DNA of 64,000 nt, taken from assembly GCF_009834535.1 (NCBI RefSeq), contig NC_045697.1, positions 17,672,001-17,736,000 on the forward strand, written 5' to 3'. The DNA comes from Camelus ferus. Lineage: Eukaryota. The position numbers and the translations under genes are program-made. The notes under the pieces are model-generated. The model did not search any database, was not told the DNA's origin, and saw only the letters and a program-made list of their open reading frames with translations. Below are positions 52,350 to 64,000 of the stretch, piece by piece; position 1 is the stretch's first letter, and the number at the start of each line of letters is the position of its first letter.

Positions 52350-52862
52350 TAAACCTCAGATGGCATCTCACCTTTCTCGGAATAAAAGTCAAAATCCCTT
52401 TGATGGCACCCAAGACCTCCATTGTTTAGTTACCTCCATCGCCACTGTGGGACGGAATCTCTGACTACTCAGAGTGCCCCATGGGTTCCTCTGCTGTTCC
52501 ACTGAAAGGCTAGGCACACTCCCAGCTCAAGGTCTCTGAACTTGGTGTTCATCTGCCTAAACGCTCTTGCATTCTAGATATCCCCGTGGTTCATCCATCA
52601 CCTCCTTTAGATCTGCCCTCAACTGTCACCACCTTCCCTCACCTCTACACAACTCCCTTCCTTACTCTGTTGCTCTTCATTGTACCACTGTCACTAAGCA
52701 TACAGTATACACTCACGACCTATTTGTTTACTGGCTGTGTATTCTCCCGATTTGTAAGCAACATGAGGACAGAGATTTTTGTCTGTCCACATCTGTATGC
52801 CTTGCGTCTAGAGCAGTGCTTGGCACAAAGTGGGTACTCAGTCAGTCTTTCTGAATGAATGA
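52350..52862 (+). mobile_element. L2 3' fragment
   Basis: gcacactcccagctcaagg...tgtaagcaacatgaggacagagatttttgtctg...ctagagcagtgcttggcaca...tgaatgaatga. Confidence 0.7.
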
Positions 52863-55800
52863 TTTAAGCACTAAAATGAGGATGATAAAAGGCGGATGTA
52901 TAGTCTCGTCCGAAGAAGTTCCCTAATGGTCCATCTAAGTGAATTTTATTACTTAGGAGTATAAAAAAGGACTCAGTGAATACTCTTTCATAAAGAATCT
53001 CAGCTCTAACCCTAATGATAATATATAATCTCAGCGAACAACCATGTTTAGGGAATGATTGATTGTGACCAATTTCATTTTCTCATTAATGAAGGTTGAC
53101 CAGAAACCATTTTGCATTTTTGCTCTTGGTGTTAAAGATTTGTCTAAAATATCCTAATCTACTCCCCATCTCCAGGAAGTAGACTTGAACAGACATCATC
53201 AAGTCTTTCTCTGATGATTCAGGATCATGCAGTGCCCTGTCATCATCCTGCTGAAGATGGATTTCCACCGTGCTGGGCTGTTGACGCAGAAAGAGGGTAG
53301 GCATTGAAACCCCGTACATCAAATCTGATTTCCCCTGCGTGCCATGCCCTGAGGTGAGTCGGCCAAAAACCTGATGCTGACTTTTGTTTTTTACACATTT
53401 GAGTACAAACAACAAAACCTATAAATGATAATCAGCATGTAGACAATTCACCACCAACCTCTTTAAAAATGAAAGAATGAAATTACTCTTTTGTAGCATT
53501 ATAATTACCCATCCCAGAAGCAGGGATGAAGGGGAGTTCCTCCGTAGAGTCAGCTAGGGGAGAAAGCTTTGTGCCCATTTTTAATCCAAACATTCTTGCT
53601 GCATGATACCAACAGAATATGAGGAGGAACTACAGTTTCTGAATTAAACCCCTTCTCATCCAGGTAACCACAAATGGATTAAAATATAATTTTATGTATT
53701 ATTTTTATCTTTCTTTCCTAAATTGGTCCATTTTTAAAGATGTTGGAAAACAGGCTGAACAGACTATAGATTGAAATCATAACTACAGACTGAGAGTATA
53801 GATTACAGATTGTAATCCAATTGAACATTCTCTAGAAGTAGCTTTTTGAAATTTAAAAAGGAGATGTTTGTTTTGATTTTTTTTTCTGGTTGATGGTTAC
53901 TCGTTCTGGAAAGTAAAGTATAATTTTTAGCTAATTAAAGGTTAACAGTTTAGCTAATACTTTTTAGTGAATTTTAATCTATTCTATTGAAATGATAAGC
54001 ATACACGGAATGGTCAAGGCCAAAAAAAAGCAGAATATGTAGCAACTGTTCCAAGTGTTCCATTTGGATTTCAGAAAGCTGAATTATTTAGATGGACTAT
54101 CCACCGCCCTCACACTCAATGCATAACATCTCACTTTCCACTTCATTTTTGTCTACAAATTCACGGCACTTACTTCGAAAACTACTTAACAGCAACCTGT
54201 CCCTTGGGCTTCACGAGACTGCTGGAAAACAAATGCCCTAGATTTTAGTTACAGATTGGCACTGCTCCTTCAGAGCTCTGAAACCTGATCTATGTTTCTT
54301 TACATATGAATGCGAGTCTGTAGGTGTTGGAAAAGTTCATAAAGAGACAAAAATCAGATACTTAAACAAGCAAATTCCAGACAGCGACTCCTTTGAGCAA
54401 AGGCATGAACTTTGAGAGGTGATGTGTTCTCTTTGCTTAGAAATTTACAGAAGGGGGGATGGGGTGGGGTGGGAGGATCAATTCACTCTTTAAACAGTGT
54501 ATTAAATGCTTTCATTACTCCGTACATCTCCGGCCTAGAGGAGTCAACTTTAAAAGTCTCAAGACTTGCCCTGAAGAAGAGTATATGTGGGAAATCCAGT
54601 TTATGAAACCCACCAGACAGCCAATGAATCAGAAAGAATGTCGTGCCGGCTTAGCCCTGAGCGAGATGATGGGGTAAGAGCAGACCTAATGGAAGATCCA
54701 CATGGGCCCTGCCCTCAGGGGCTTTCAACACAGCTGGGGAGATAAAACTAACATCCGTGAAACCCCAGCCAATATGGCCAGGGTCTACAGCAAAGGTTGT
54801 GTGGAGTCAACTGGGAAGGCTGCTAGACGGACGGAGGGGAGATCAGGAGTGTCTCCAGGGAGAAGATAGAATTTAATCTGGACTATGAAGGAAAAGGCAG
54901 ATTCCAGGAGATTGTGGGGAGACGAAACCGTATCCCGGGCAAGGGAAAGGACCGGAAACAGAATGAAGTGGGTGAGCTCGGGGCCCACTGCGAGCCCAGT
55001 GTTGTGAGGACATGCAGGGAAATGAGGCTGGAGAGCTGGAGAGAGAGGGCCCCGTAGGCTTGACTATGGGATGGTAATGCAAGCTGGACAGACCTAGATT
55101 GCCTCTAACGTGTCAGATGTGCTCTGGGCCCAAGCAGAGGACTCCTTTGTTCCCTCTGTGCCCCCTGAGTGTCACACAGACAAGGAGGTACCTCTTACAC
55201 TTAAGCACACATATGGGTAATACACAGCATGTGGTTGTATGTGCAAATACACAAACATGCACACACAAAGCATTACGCACACACATGCAGAGAAGTCCAT
55301 GCACCCAAGGGCCCACGTGTACAAAGATATGCAAACAGACATGCACAGCACCTGCATGTTCACACCTGTTCTCAGACCAGGGACCCGCAGCCGAGCGGTC
55401 AAATGAAAGCAGATATCTGGGTAAACTCAGCCAGTCACAGGAGCTTTGCTTTAGGTTCATAATCTGCCCAGAGCCTTTGCTCAAAAACAAAGCCCCTCAT
55501 TCCTGACTTCTGGGAGCCGGATTTGTCTGGCCACAGCTGCTCCTCTCCAGACACCCGCAGCTGTCTTCCTAGCACACCCTGTCTAGCCACCCAAACTGCC
55601 AAGGCTATGCGGCAGCCCTTAGAGAAAACTGAGACGTCTGCAGGAGGGAGGGAGGGAGTGACGCTGCTGTTGTGAACAACTGCAATGACAACAATGCCAA
55701 CTAGACCTTGATCATCTACCCTGGATAGCGGGCTGGATGCGTTGCAAACAAGCATTAACCCACTACGTGCAGCAATTTTATGAGGTCAGTATAACCATCT

Positions 55801-57119
55801 CCATTTTTAAGGATGAGAAAAGGGAGGCTCAAAAAAGGCTAAATAATATTAACCAATAGAGGCTTTGAGATTTGAACCGAAGTCTGTGCGACTCAAAGCC
55901 CTTTACAAGAAGATGGGGATTTGGCATCTAGGTTGAATCTGTAAAAAGCAATCAAGGCTTTTACTGGAGGGAAAGAAAACCTGGAGGAATAGTGCCGACA
56001 AGAGTGAGCCGCTCTCCAGGACCCCCATGCTGATGCAGAGGTTTGTACCCCCACTTCCGTTCCCTCATCTCCTTACTCTACAAGCTGTAACTCAGGCAGG
56101 ACTTCCCATTGGTAGGATTCCAGAATCAAGTGCTCGCTGAGCCTGTGGACAGACACCTTTGCCTCTCTCAGGGACTGGTGTGAATGATTATGATTATCTC
56201 TTTAGATGCTGTATAAGTCAACGTTACACACACTGGAGATTCTACCCCCCCCGCCCCGCCCAATACTCCCATCCAAAGCTCTCCAATTTCCCCAATTTTC
56301 CTTTTACCACAGACAAGCTGACTATGGAGATGAGATACGTTATCCTACTCAAACACAAAATATCCGTCACGCAAATGGAACTTGGTTCCTGGCTAATAAA
56401 TTGCTCCTACCGAGACAATGACTATGGTCACATTTTCATAAACACAGCTACTACTTTTTCCAGTTTTCTAAATTTGCTAAGTGTGTGTGTGTGCTTACTT
56501 CATTCGATATGTCAATTCAAATCCATTTGTTTAATTTTTTTCTCCAGAAAGCTATTAAAGAACCCAGAGAGCTTAGCTTAAGCCGAAGATTAATCCAACA
56601 TAAAAGAAAAAGCTATTTGCATTCAAATTAGAGGAACCACAAAAATGTCTCTATTCTACTTCATCCTAATTTTGATCCTGATTCAACATTCTTCAATAAG
56701 TCATGAAGCCTCAGTTCCCATATCTGTAAAATGGGGACTCACAGATTAGCATGAAAGATAAAGAAGACTCACTAAGCACTCAGCTCGGGGCCGGGCATAC
56801 AGTAGGTGTGTGATCTGTGTTTGTTTCCTTCTCACCTCGTCCATCACTGGACAGAGGCCCCTCTCAGCTTACTTCATGTGCAGTCATGAGGGCCACGTGG
56901 TGATTTGGGAGGATGGAAAAGATAATACAGCCGAGTGTGTGAGTAATCACTATGGGCTGGTGTCTGATCAACAATATAGAAATCTTCTAGGCAACCTGTA
57001 AATGAGTTTCCCCCAGAGAATGTCACAAATGGACAAAACAGTCAAGAACGAGAGAGGCACCAGGAAGTGACCCCTGCTCTACACATTAAAGGACTTACAA
57101 CACTTTTCATAGGACTTAC

Positions 57120-57191
57120 AGGTGAGTCAGGTCACGAAGGCCACGAAAGGCATTTCTGGAAATGGTTTCTATTTTGTTCCCTTCAATGAAC
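57120..57191 (-). CDS. LGI2: LGI2 coding exon 4 (LRR)
   Basis: 72 nt, tag|...|gtaagt; encodes FIEGNKIETISRNAFRGLRDLTH(L). Confidence 0.97.
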
Positions 57192-59166
57192 CTAGGGAAA
57201 ACAGAAACACGTGAATTTTCTCTGCTTAATATCTCTGAAAAAACTGATACCGAGGTGCTTTCAGAATAAAATCTAAAAGCATGCATGAATTTCAGAAGTT
57301 CATCTCTGAAGGCTAGGTCCCGCTACACCCGATTCCAAGTGGAAGTGGTGTGTGTGCGAGGATGCACGTGCACAGTGTACGCTCCACGCCCCTTCCAGAA
57401 GCAGCATGGAAGTCTTCACAGTCAGAGTTGGCAGCACGGGTAAAAACATCTTGAGAGAAAAATAAAAGTAAGAAAGCACTACACCACAGCGAGAAATTCT
57501 CAAATTCCGCAAGACTGGAAGGCTTCCAGACATCTTCCCCGCTCCAAGCTTCTTACGTTCCCCACTGCCTGGCTATTAATACTTCTGTTCATATCACAGT
57601 CCCTCGAGGGGAGCCCATAGTTTTACATCTCCATATTAAAGTCTCTGCCCAGGGAGAATTCCATTAAGCTTGGTTCCTAGCAAGCTGGAGTTCATCATGT
57701 TCTACACAGTGTCATCTCTGAACAAATGGATAACCAGACAGAGATGCTCTCAAGATGTCCGGGCCACTAAGAAATAGAAAGTATAAGGAATTGAGCATGG
57801 GCCAGACTTCTTCCTCTGTGTCTTAGGGCTTGCACACAGGACCTGGCAATAATAACTCTGGCCGTGCTTTAAATATGTGGCATGGGAAATATGTGAAGTG
57901 AGTGCACTATGACTCTTCTGTAGGGCCTCAGAGAACTGAATTTTAGTTTACGGCATCACATTTCATCAAATGTAAGAGGGTCTCGGATGAGACAGTCGAA
58001 TGGAGATGCTTTGTAACAGGATGTAATAGGCTGGTTAAACAGTCCTTGATTCTTACACTGAGAATTATCTGCTCCCTGTTTTATTTTTTTAATTGGGGGT
58101 CTATTCAGCGACAGACTTCAGTATAAACTGATAAGTGAACTTTCTCCTCAATAACTTTGACAGGAAGGTGAACTGCTCGAAAGAGGGAATGGGCAGCTCT
58201 GCATTCACCACCTCCGTCGGCTGTTTACGCGCTTTGGTGGAACCTAGTTAGACTCAGCCCTTCAGCCCTACCACCCTACCCAGGGTGCCTATACTATCCA
58301 GTGTTATGACAGTACAAGTATTATGTGTCCTCTGGAGAAAGAATTCCTTCAGATACATCTTTCCTGAGGACATAAAGTCAGCAGAGAGCTTTCTCAGACC
58401 CAGGACGTGTTTAGAATTCAAACATCTACCTGTTAACCTCAGATAAGAAAGCGGAGGCAGGCTTTAAAAATCGCTCTGAATGCTAAGTAAGGGAATCCCA
58501 TCTGATAGCAGGATTAATATTATTACAAAGTTACAAAAGACAAGGATGGAAGAACTTCGCGGTGGGGGAAGACTATAAGAAAGTGGGAAGAGGCAGAAAT
58601 CAGAGCCAGGACAAAGCTAATTGCTGGGGGCGGTGGAAGCTGCACATCTGAGAAGGGAAAAATAACCTTTATTTTTAAAGGAGAAAAAAAATTAGACCTT
58701 CAGCAGCAGCTCATAGGAGATACTGCAAATGAGATATAGGACAGCCGAATTAAAACCACAAAGTTGTGTCCCCAAATAAGGAGACTTTCTTAAAAATAAA
58801 TAACCCTCAGAATCCTTCAGCCTTATTTCTGGTTGATCAGCAAATCCATGCCTAGTTTTGAGAGGTAAAAATATCCAATACAATTTCCAATTGTGCTTAC
58901 GTCATTACAAATTAAATGTCAGCAGAGAATGAATGACTATCTTTCCTTCTTTGTTTCCTTTTCCCCCTTTGTCTCCAACCTCCTCCTGTCCCAGCATGTT
59001 TATACACAAGTAAACCATGAAAGGTCAGCACTGAAAAGAGAATGGGGTTTTCTGCATTTTCTCCACCCCTGAGCTCTCTAAGAGATGCTGTTCCAACTTG
59101 CAGAGTGATATAGCCATTCCATTGACATACCAGATGCTCAGCAGATAGGCAAAGCACCAAACTTAC

Positions 59167-59238
59167 AGGTATTCAAGGTGGAAAAGTCCAGCAAAAGCAT
59201 CATCCCGGATGACTGTGAATGAGTTAGAATTCAGCAAT
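59167..59238 (-). CDS. LGI2: LGI2 coding exon 3 (LRR)
   Basis: 72 nt, cag|...|gtaagt; encodes LLNSNSFTVIRDDAFAGLFHLEY(L). Confidence 0.97.
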
Positions 59239-60837
59239 CTGAAAATAAAGGACAGAATTCAGTACAGAAGTATAAAATTTGAGTCACATAGTGAAGCTAC
59301 TGTTTCTTTTGTCTTCTTCTGTTGCCAACTTGGGTTCTTCTCAGCCTTAAACTGTCCCATCCGGTGCACAACCTGACTCATGGACACTGATGGACAATGG
59401 CAAGTCGATTCCCTTTGGCCAGATTTTCTGTTCACCTGCATTACTCCATTCTTTCTTCCCTGTGGGTCTTAGCAAATATGACCTCAGAGTTGTTATTTCA
59501 AAACATCCTGATGCTCAGCAAAACTCGACAGCCAGTGAGTGCTCTACGATGCACAAGCAATCGTGAGATGAGGGATCTAAAGGATCTAATCCAACTCTAG
59601 TTTTAGAGAAATTTGAGTTCAGAGAAGTTAGGTGACTTGATCAAAGTCACAAAGCTGAGACAAATTAAAAAAACCCCAAAACAAAGAAAACAAAACCCCT
59701 TTCCATTACACACCCCCATGGGAAATAATAAAAAGAACCTTGAGAAGACTCTTTATCACCACACAGTTTTTTAAAGAGATCATTTAAGTCCATTTGGTAA
59801 AAGTTTATACAACCTATATAGTCACCAGGTATGGTATTTGGTAAAATACCTAAAATTCCATTCCTAGCATATGAAAAATATATTTTAATAGAACCATAAT
59901 TTCTAAGAAATTACAGATTTTAAAATGCTAAGGATAACATTATGAGTAACATTTCAAGGACAAAAATATCAACCTTAAGTTGGTGTAGGATGAATAGTGG
60001 TCAAACATAGCCCACGTCTCCGTGTCTCTCTGTATGTTCCAAGTACGTGGCTTGTTTTCATTTTGATCTCATTTAAATTTAAGAAACTGATACAAATAAA
60101 GAGAATGAGCTAAGTACTCATGACTTTGCCTGTCACTGATTTGCTTTTGAAAACTACATTTTAAGGACTTTGTTTTTTATCAAGAAACAGTAACTGACCT
60201 GGGCTACAAGGCATGACACGGACACTTGGCGAGAGTAGCTGGGATGCGGAGCAGTTATGAGTGTGGGCTTTGAGCCCTGGGTTAGAGTTCTGGCTGTGAT
60301 TTTGAGCAAGTTACTTAACTTCCCTGAGCCTGTTTTCTCATCTATAAGAAAAATACCCTACTCGTAGGGAAGATATGATTAAATAAAATTTTGCACATAA
60401 ATGCATAGTATGCTGCCCAACAGTTTACATACTCAGTCACGTAGAAATACTCCTATTTCCATGATAACATTAAGAGTTTAAAATACAGGTTCTCTTTTAA
60501 AGTGAAGTGTTTGGGAAATGGCTCATTTGGGTGAAATTCAGGTCATGATTTGATGTAACCATGTCGAGTCTCCAGTTGCTGGATATGGGCGGTGGCATCT
60601 ACAATAAACTCCATGAGGGAAACATGTGCTGAAAGAAGGAAAGGATACTGAGCAAAGAGCCTTGGAACTCAGGCTTGGTGGGGACAGGATGGGGCAAGTT
60701 AACAGGAAAAGCCACCCACAGTTCCCTCGTGGAGCTTGGCTATCTTAGGAAGGACTGATACCAAAGAGGCAGAGATGGCTCTTCCCAAAACCGTACCTCC
60801 AGGAACCCCATTTCCAGAGAGAACTTCTCATACTCAC

Positions 60838-60909
60838 AGCAGCTGCAGGGAAGGCAGGTGGGAAAACATTCGGTCTTTGATTTCTGAGAACGTGCCATTT
60901 ACCAGGCTC
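60838..60909 (-). CDS. LGI2: LGI2 coding exon 2 (LRR)
   Basis: 72 nt, tag|...|gtgagt; encodes SLVNGTFSEIKDRMFSHLPSLQL(L). Confidence 0.97.
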
Positions 60910-62424
60910 CTAGAGGCAAGAGAGGAACAAAATGAGGACTAGGTCGCTTTCTGGAAGTGCCGGGCAGGATGGGCAAGTGGCCCTATCCTTCACCTGTACT
61001 TCAAACTCCTCCACTCGGGAATGAGGTTTCAAACAGTCTGCCAGGGGCTTCTCAGGGGTAAGAATGAGACGAGTCCAGCAATTATTCAGTGAACTGGATC
61101 AGTATGAAAACTGGTCTAAATAACAGAAACCTTTACCATCAGTCTAGCTCTCTCCATAGATGAGATCTCAGCCAGTTTAAATCAATCCCCTCCCTTCCTT
61201 TCCTTTAACTACGGGAGGCCCTAGCTGAAGATGGATAATTACTTCACCTCTGCCCATGATTCTGTTTGTGTAGACACAGCATTAATGTTGGCCAACGCAA
61301 CTCCAGGGTAGGATTAAGCATTTCCCTTGGGAGCACATCTCTGAAAGTCACTCAGAGCACTTCTGATTAAATGCACCATGAAAGCCTTGGGGAGAAAACT
61401 CAGAAACACCTGAACTTGAATGTGTGGTAGGAGGCAATGCCAGCTGCCAGGTTTAATGGTCAATCAGAACAAGGAGCTTGATTGTTTTAGCCACCAGGTC
61501 CCTGATCCTCTCTGGCCACAGTAGGACCTCAATACATTATTTCAGTTCATATGCAGATCAGTTAAACAGCTGCTGGTCTAAAGGATTTAACCAGGGGAAT
61601 TCTCATTTCTGGAATCCTCCATGTCACCCGACTTAGCAATATTTGGAATCAAACAGTCCCTCTGTTCTTGCCCAGCCAGACTCCCCTGAATTCCTGTAAA
61701 TGCAAACAGGATCCCCTTCACTCCTGGGTCTAGGCCCCAGAGCCCTGCCTGGGGTGGAAGACAGCACAAGAGAAAGTGCCCTGAGTGTGAGCAACTCCCC
61801 CTCCTCCCCGGGGATTCCCTGCCTCTATGACTGAGGGGCATCACCCCAGCACCTTGGCCTGGAACAAGGGATTGTTTCAGCAGGAAGCATTTCCCCGCAG
61901 TAATGATATAGCGCACTAGCCCCTTCCACAGCCATTATGAGAGCTGGTCATGTGGCTTGAGTGGCTGTGTGAGGCCAGGTTGAAATCATCCCTTAGCAGG
62001 TGCATAAATAATGTGAAGCCCTTTCCTGTGCATTCCTCCAGCGCTGAGTAAACAGCCAACATAACATGTGGTGGGGAGTGGGGTGAGAAGCCCATATGAA
62101 CTCAGGGCAAGAAGTCAGGCAGATTTCCAGCACTTGGCCACTTGGGCTGGACGCCCCACATGCCCCAACGCTCAGCCAAGTCCTCCTGCTTCCCTCTTCC
62201 AGGCCACATGGGGCGGCATCTCCACTTCCAGAGGCTACATGCCTTTTCCCAGGTTCTCCCCAATCTGCAGTGTGGACAGGTCTGGAGGAGGCCGTGGTAT
62301 AAACCACAGCCCCAGACCTCAGGTGGGACAGCGAGGCCTTATTCCTCCCCTGTCTGCAATTACTCCAGTCACGCTCAGCTGCACATATATGCCCCTACAC
62401 AACCACCTCCCCCTCCGTACACAT

Positions 62425-62600
62425 CCTTTCAAACTTTAATGCACCCCAGAATCATCTGGGGATGCCACATGCGGGCTCCAAGGCTCCAGTCCAGAGACCC
62501 TGCATCATTCAGCACGGGCCCCGGAACCTGCATTGGCACAAGCTCCTCCAGGTGGATTGGATGTAGGTGGCCCGTGGGCCAGACTTTGAGAAACAGTGCC
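62425..62600. mobile_element. MER5-like hAT MITE remnant in intron 1
   Basis: ttcaaactttaatgcaccccagaatcatctgggga...gactttgagaaacagtg. Confidence 0.6.
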
Positions 62601-62639
62601 ACAGGGACTGTTCTGGCTTCCCAGACTCCGGGTCTCGGG

Positions 62640-63590
62640 CTCCCCTCATCCTCCCCAGGGCCCGAGACTCCACCCACGTCCCAAAGCACTCCCCAACCCA
62701 AACGCAGAGAAACGGGGCCCGGGAAGTAGGGGTCAGGGTCGCGCCGTCCCAGCTCCAGAGGCAACTCCCAGACGGCGGCGAGCGCAGGGTGGGGCAGCAC
62801 GCGGCGGGAGCTGCCGGGGTCCCACTCACTCACAAGGAGCTGATGTCGCCCGGCACGATCCTGGGCACCCAGGAAGAGCCCACGCAGATGATAGACTCCT
62901 TCGTACAGCTGCAAGTGGCAGGGCAGCGCGCCAGCCGCCTCACCTGCGCGCTCGGCGGGATCAGGCACGCGGCGCCCAGCAGCAGCAGCAGCAGCCCCGG
63001 AGCGCCGCCGCCGCCGCCGCCCCTCCGCAGCGCCATGCCGGGTCCCCGGTCCCCGCCCCGGCCGCGACCCCCACCGCCGCCGCCGCGCCGCGCGCTCGGA
63101 CCCTGCGCCGCTGCAGACGCGGGCGCCTCTCGCTGCTCCGCCACCGCCGCCGCTGCTGGCGAGGACTGGGGCGCCGCGGGTGTGGGAGGCCGAGCCGCAG
63201 CCGAGCAGCATGCTGGCCGCCGCCCCCACTCGGCGCCCCCCCACCCGCGCCCGGGCTGCTGGGCGGCCGCCGCCGCTGCGCCCGCCGCACCCGCGCCCGC
63301 CTGACATCAGCACCCGCGCCCGCAGCCCGCTCTGGCCAATGAATAATGCGCGCCCCGCGGGGGAGGGGGCCTCGCGCCGCCCCCGCCGCGCCCCGCCGGC
63401 CCCCGGGGCCTCGGGACCCGCCCGGCCGCCGCCCCCTAGGACCCTCCGGGACCCTCTCCAGGAGCTGCGGACACAGGAAAAAGTTGGGTGACCTTGGGGG
63501 AGGGGCTGGCCTGGACGGGGACTCCCTAGGGACCTGGCCAAGCGGTACGGGATCGGTTGCCTGCAGTCTCTCCACCGGCTCGAAATAATT
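62640..63590. promoter_or_regulatory. CpG island / LGI2 promoter and 5' UTR
   Basis: Very high GC and CpG density spanning exon 1; CCAAT box at 63336-63340; many GC-rich boxes; no TATA. Confidence 0.9.
62834..63036 (-). CDS. LGI2: LGI2 coding exon 1 (signal peptide + LRRNT cap)
   Basis: ATG at 63036 in strong Kozak context (GGCATGG). Encodes MALRRGGGGGGAPGLLLLLLGAACLIPPSAQVRRLARCPATCSCTKESIICVGSSWVPRIVPGDISS(L), matching the recalled LGI2 N-terminus. Donor TT|GTGAGT at 62833; 203 nt. Confidence 0.96.
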
Positions 63591-64000
63591 TGGGGGAACT
63601 GGCTTGATACCAGGAAGGGAGACTTTGTCCTGGGTATTTGGAGAGTACAGAATTTTGAGGAGCTTTTATTAATTTTTAAAAAGAAGTGAGTGCCGTTGAG
63701 GGATGGCTTTGCCTGTCTTCTGCGGTGAGGCTGTGGGGTCGGGCTCCTCTTCCCCGCGCACCCTGGGCTTCCTGAAGCCAGCCACCTTTCCCTCCTGAAG
63801 GCAGGTAGGCAGGAAAAGCTGCTACAGCAGTGCGCACCCCTGCTGCTCTGGGGCCTGCCTGCTGCTTGCTACAGAGCTAAAAAGCCTATGAAATTTCTCT
63901 GTCACCCAGCAGTTCACTTGCACCCCACCCACACCAATTAAAGGACTAAAGGACAGGGGACAATTGTTAATAGAGATTGAGGGTGTGATGTATTCTAGGC

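Noticed and set aside
63037..63144. 36-codon in-frame N-terminal extension from a GTG
   Set aside because: Non-ATG start in GC-rich 5' UTR; the ATG at 63036 has a strong Kozak and begins the signal peptide
62142..63588. Several long ORFs (195-370 aa) on both strands around exon 1
   Set aside because: Low-complexity Ala/Gly/Pro/Arg products expected from stop-poor CpG-island DNA. Only the LGI2 frame has homology; the ATG-63211 frame is reported separately as a uORF.

Overview
Mammalian genomic DNA, most likely camelid, judging by four copies of a short tRNA-derived Vic-1-like SINE and cetartiodactyl-type L1 3' ends. The only protein-coding gene I can support is a complete, intact LGI2 on the minus strand. 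It has 8 coding exons from ATG 63036 to TGA 37104 (1644 nt, 547 aa: signal peptide, LRR domain, EAR/EPTP repeats), all GT-AG, a CpG-island promoter at ~62.6-63.6 kb, and a ~4.7 kb 3' UTR ending near AATAAA at 32421-32426. The left ~32 kb is non-coding and rich in old transposon fossils: a degenerate ERVL gag-pro-pol remnant, nested MaLR LTRs, hAT MITEs, and L1/L2/MIR. It also holds a short polyadenylated retrocopy of an unidentified transcript and some candidate cis-regulatory blocks. I found no evidence for a wholly new biological system. The best leads are regulatory: an out-of-frame overlapping uORF, SINE-donated poly(A) signals in the 3' UTR, a stop-introducing tandem splice donor, candidate enhancers/promoters and a MER53 hairpin. 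Repeat family names come from remembered consensus sequences and need RepeatMasker/Dfam confirmation. Repeat boundaries without TSDs are approximate.
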